A stretch of DNA of 24,000 nt from Chlamydia trachomatis (lineage in GTDB: Bacteria > Chlamydiota > Chlamydiia > Chlamydiales > 2-12-FULL-49-11), in assembly GCA_945877885.1 (NCBI GenBank), contig CAMCSI010000001.1, forward strand, positions 677-24,676. The letters are read 5' to 3'. Of this stretch, positions 23,139 to 24,000 are shown piece after piece. The notes below the pieces were generated by a model. It did not search any database, had not been told where the DNA came from, and worked only from the letters and a program-made list of their open reading frames with translations. Every line of letters starts with the position of its first letter. The stretch's first letter is position 1. The position numbers and the translations under genes are program-made.

Positions 23139-23225
23139 GGAAAGATGGCTGAGTGGCCGAAAGCGCTTCCCTGCTAAGGAAGTATATCTTTACGGGTATC
23201 GAGGGTTCGAATCCCTCTCTTTCCG
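23139..23225 (+). tRNA. tRNA-Ser (anticodon GCU), class II with a long variable arm; CCA not encoded
   Basis: I folded the cloverleaf by hand. The acceptor stem is GGAAAGA/TCTTTCC with discriminator G. The D arm is GCT.../...AGC around the AGTGG loop. The anticodon stem is CTTCC/GGAAG with loop CT-GCT-AA. The variable arm is ATATC/GGTAT (one G-U pair). The T arm is GAGGG-TTCGAAT-CCCTC. Confidence 0.9.
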
Positions 23226-23256
23226 AAGTTTCTTTAAGGGGTAAGCAAGGGCATTT

Positions 23257-24000
23257 ATGAAAGGGCAAACTACTTTAGATCAAACCATCACCCCTGCTTC
23301 AAAAGAATCTGAGATGATGGTTCTTGGGTGCATGTTAACCCACGAAAGCTCTCTGGCAATTGGTGCTGACGGGCTCGAAGATTCTGACTTTTATTACAAA
23401 GAGCATGCTCTCATTTTTTCTGCGTTAAAAGGGGTCTATAGCAAGGATAAGCCTGCAGACGTTCATATCATTGCAGAGATGCTAAAAATCTCTAATCATT
23501 TAGACTCATCTGGCGGCATCTCCTACCTTACAGAAATTGCTCAATATGCTGGAACCTCTGCTTATATCGAAGAATATGTAGAGATCATTCGCAATAAATC
23601 TATTTTAAGAAAAATGATTCAAGCGGCAGCAGAAATTAAAAAAATTGCCATTGAGCAGCCTGATGATGTAAATTCAGCGCTCGATGATGCTCAAAGCATG
23701 TTTTTTAAAATCAGTCAGTCTGCAAATCAATCTATTGGACTTACTGTAAAAAGCATTTTAGATGGGACAAAATCCTCCTCTAAGTTACCTTATCTAAAAG
23801 ATTTACAGACAAGACAAGAAAAGTATCATAAGCGTAACCCAAACGAGCCGTTAACAACAGGTATACCTTCTGGGTTTCACGATTTAGACCGTCTTTTAGG
23901 GGGACTAAACCCTGCAAATTTACTTATTGTTGCAGGACGTCCTTCTATGGGTAAAACTGCCCTTGGTATCAATATGGCAGAACATATCTGTTTTAATCTG
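23257..24000 (+). CDS. dnaB: Replicative DNA helicase DnaB, 3' truncated by the window edge
   Basis: This ORF is not in the supplied track because it has no stop inside the window. From the ATG at 23257 it is open for 248 codons to base 24000. The DnaB N-terminal domain is present (SEMMVLGCML...DFYYKEHALIFSAL...GGISYLTEIA), followed by the linker and the start of the RecA-like domain: GIPSGFHDLDRLLGGLNPANLLIVAGRPSMGKTALGINMA (Walker A). Confidence 0.9.
   Translation, partial: MKGQTTLDQTITPASKESEMMVLGCMLTHESSLAIGADGLEDSDFYYKEHALIFSALKGVYSKDKPADVHIIAEMLKISNHLDSSGGISYLTEIAQYAGTSAYIEEYVEIIRNKSILRKMIQAAAEIKKIAIEQPDDVNSALDDAQSMFFKISQSANQSIGLTVKSILDGTKSSSKLPYLKDLQTRQEKYHKRNPNEPLTTGIPSGFHDLDRLLGGLNPANLLIVAGRPSMGKTALGINMAEHICFNL

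Noticed and set aside
23062-23268. 68-aa minus-strand ORF
   Set aside because: It runs antisense straight through the tRNA-Ser gene and its promoter, so the ORF is an artefact of the tRNA sequence.
1-24000. Scan for CRISPR arrays, IS elements or transposases, integrases, prophage genes, restriction-modification, toxin-antitoxin or other defence modules
   Set aside because: I saw no direct-repeat and spacer periodicity, no terminal inverted repeats flanking an ORF, and no ORF with recombinase, nuclease or methylase motifs. All large ORFs are accounted for by housekeeping functions or by the hypotheticals listed. The only tandem repetition is the diverged 69-bp periodicity of the LRR gene, which reflects protein repeats.

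Overview
This is an AT-rich, tightly packed bacterial chromosomal window with about 21 genes on both strands. Gene content and micro-synteny place it in the phylum Chlamydiae. The markers are an EUO-type developmental repressor homologue, a giant fused SecDF, Mip, and the neighbourhoods mip-trmL-trxA, uppS-cdsA-cmk/plsC, secDF-recJ-euo, tsp...gltX and pepP-mutL. The low GC content and a eukaryote-type leucine-rich-repeat (LRR) protein suggest an environmental, Parachlamydiaceae-like lineage rather than Chlamydiaceae; that is an inference I could not test by search. The window reads as a mosaic of four blocks that are also syntenic in Chlamydiaceae, with lineage-specific material at the block junctions. 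I see no CRISPR array, IS or transposase, prophage, integrase, or recognisable defence or toxin-antitoxin system. One tRNA-Ser(GCU) lies just upstream of a 3'-truncated dnaB. The items most worth follow-up are: (1) an in-frame Cmk-PlsC fusion immediately downstream of a CdsA with a non-canonical signature; (2) a 7-repeat LRR protein in the tsp-gltX interval, where Chlamydiaceae carry crpA-omcB-omcA; (3) an FMN-domain-less CysJ-like FAD/NADPH module coupled to gltX through an ATGA overlap; (4) near-consensus promoters placed 7-8 nt upstream of the gltX and mutL start codons with no Shine-Dalgarno (SD) sequence, which predicts leaderless mRNAs; (5) an uncharacterised three-gene membrane-protein cluster with a consensus promoter and an SD-sequestering hairpin plus mini-ORF upstream of it. 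All calls rest on reading motifs in the supplied translations and DNA. No database search was possible.
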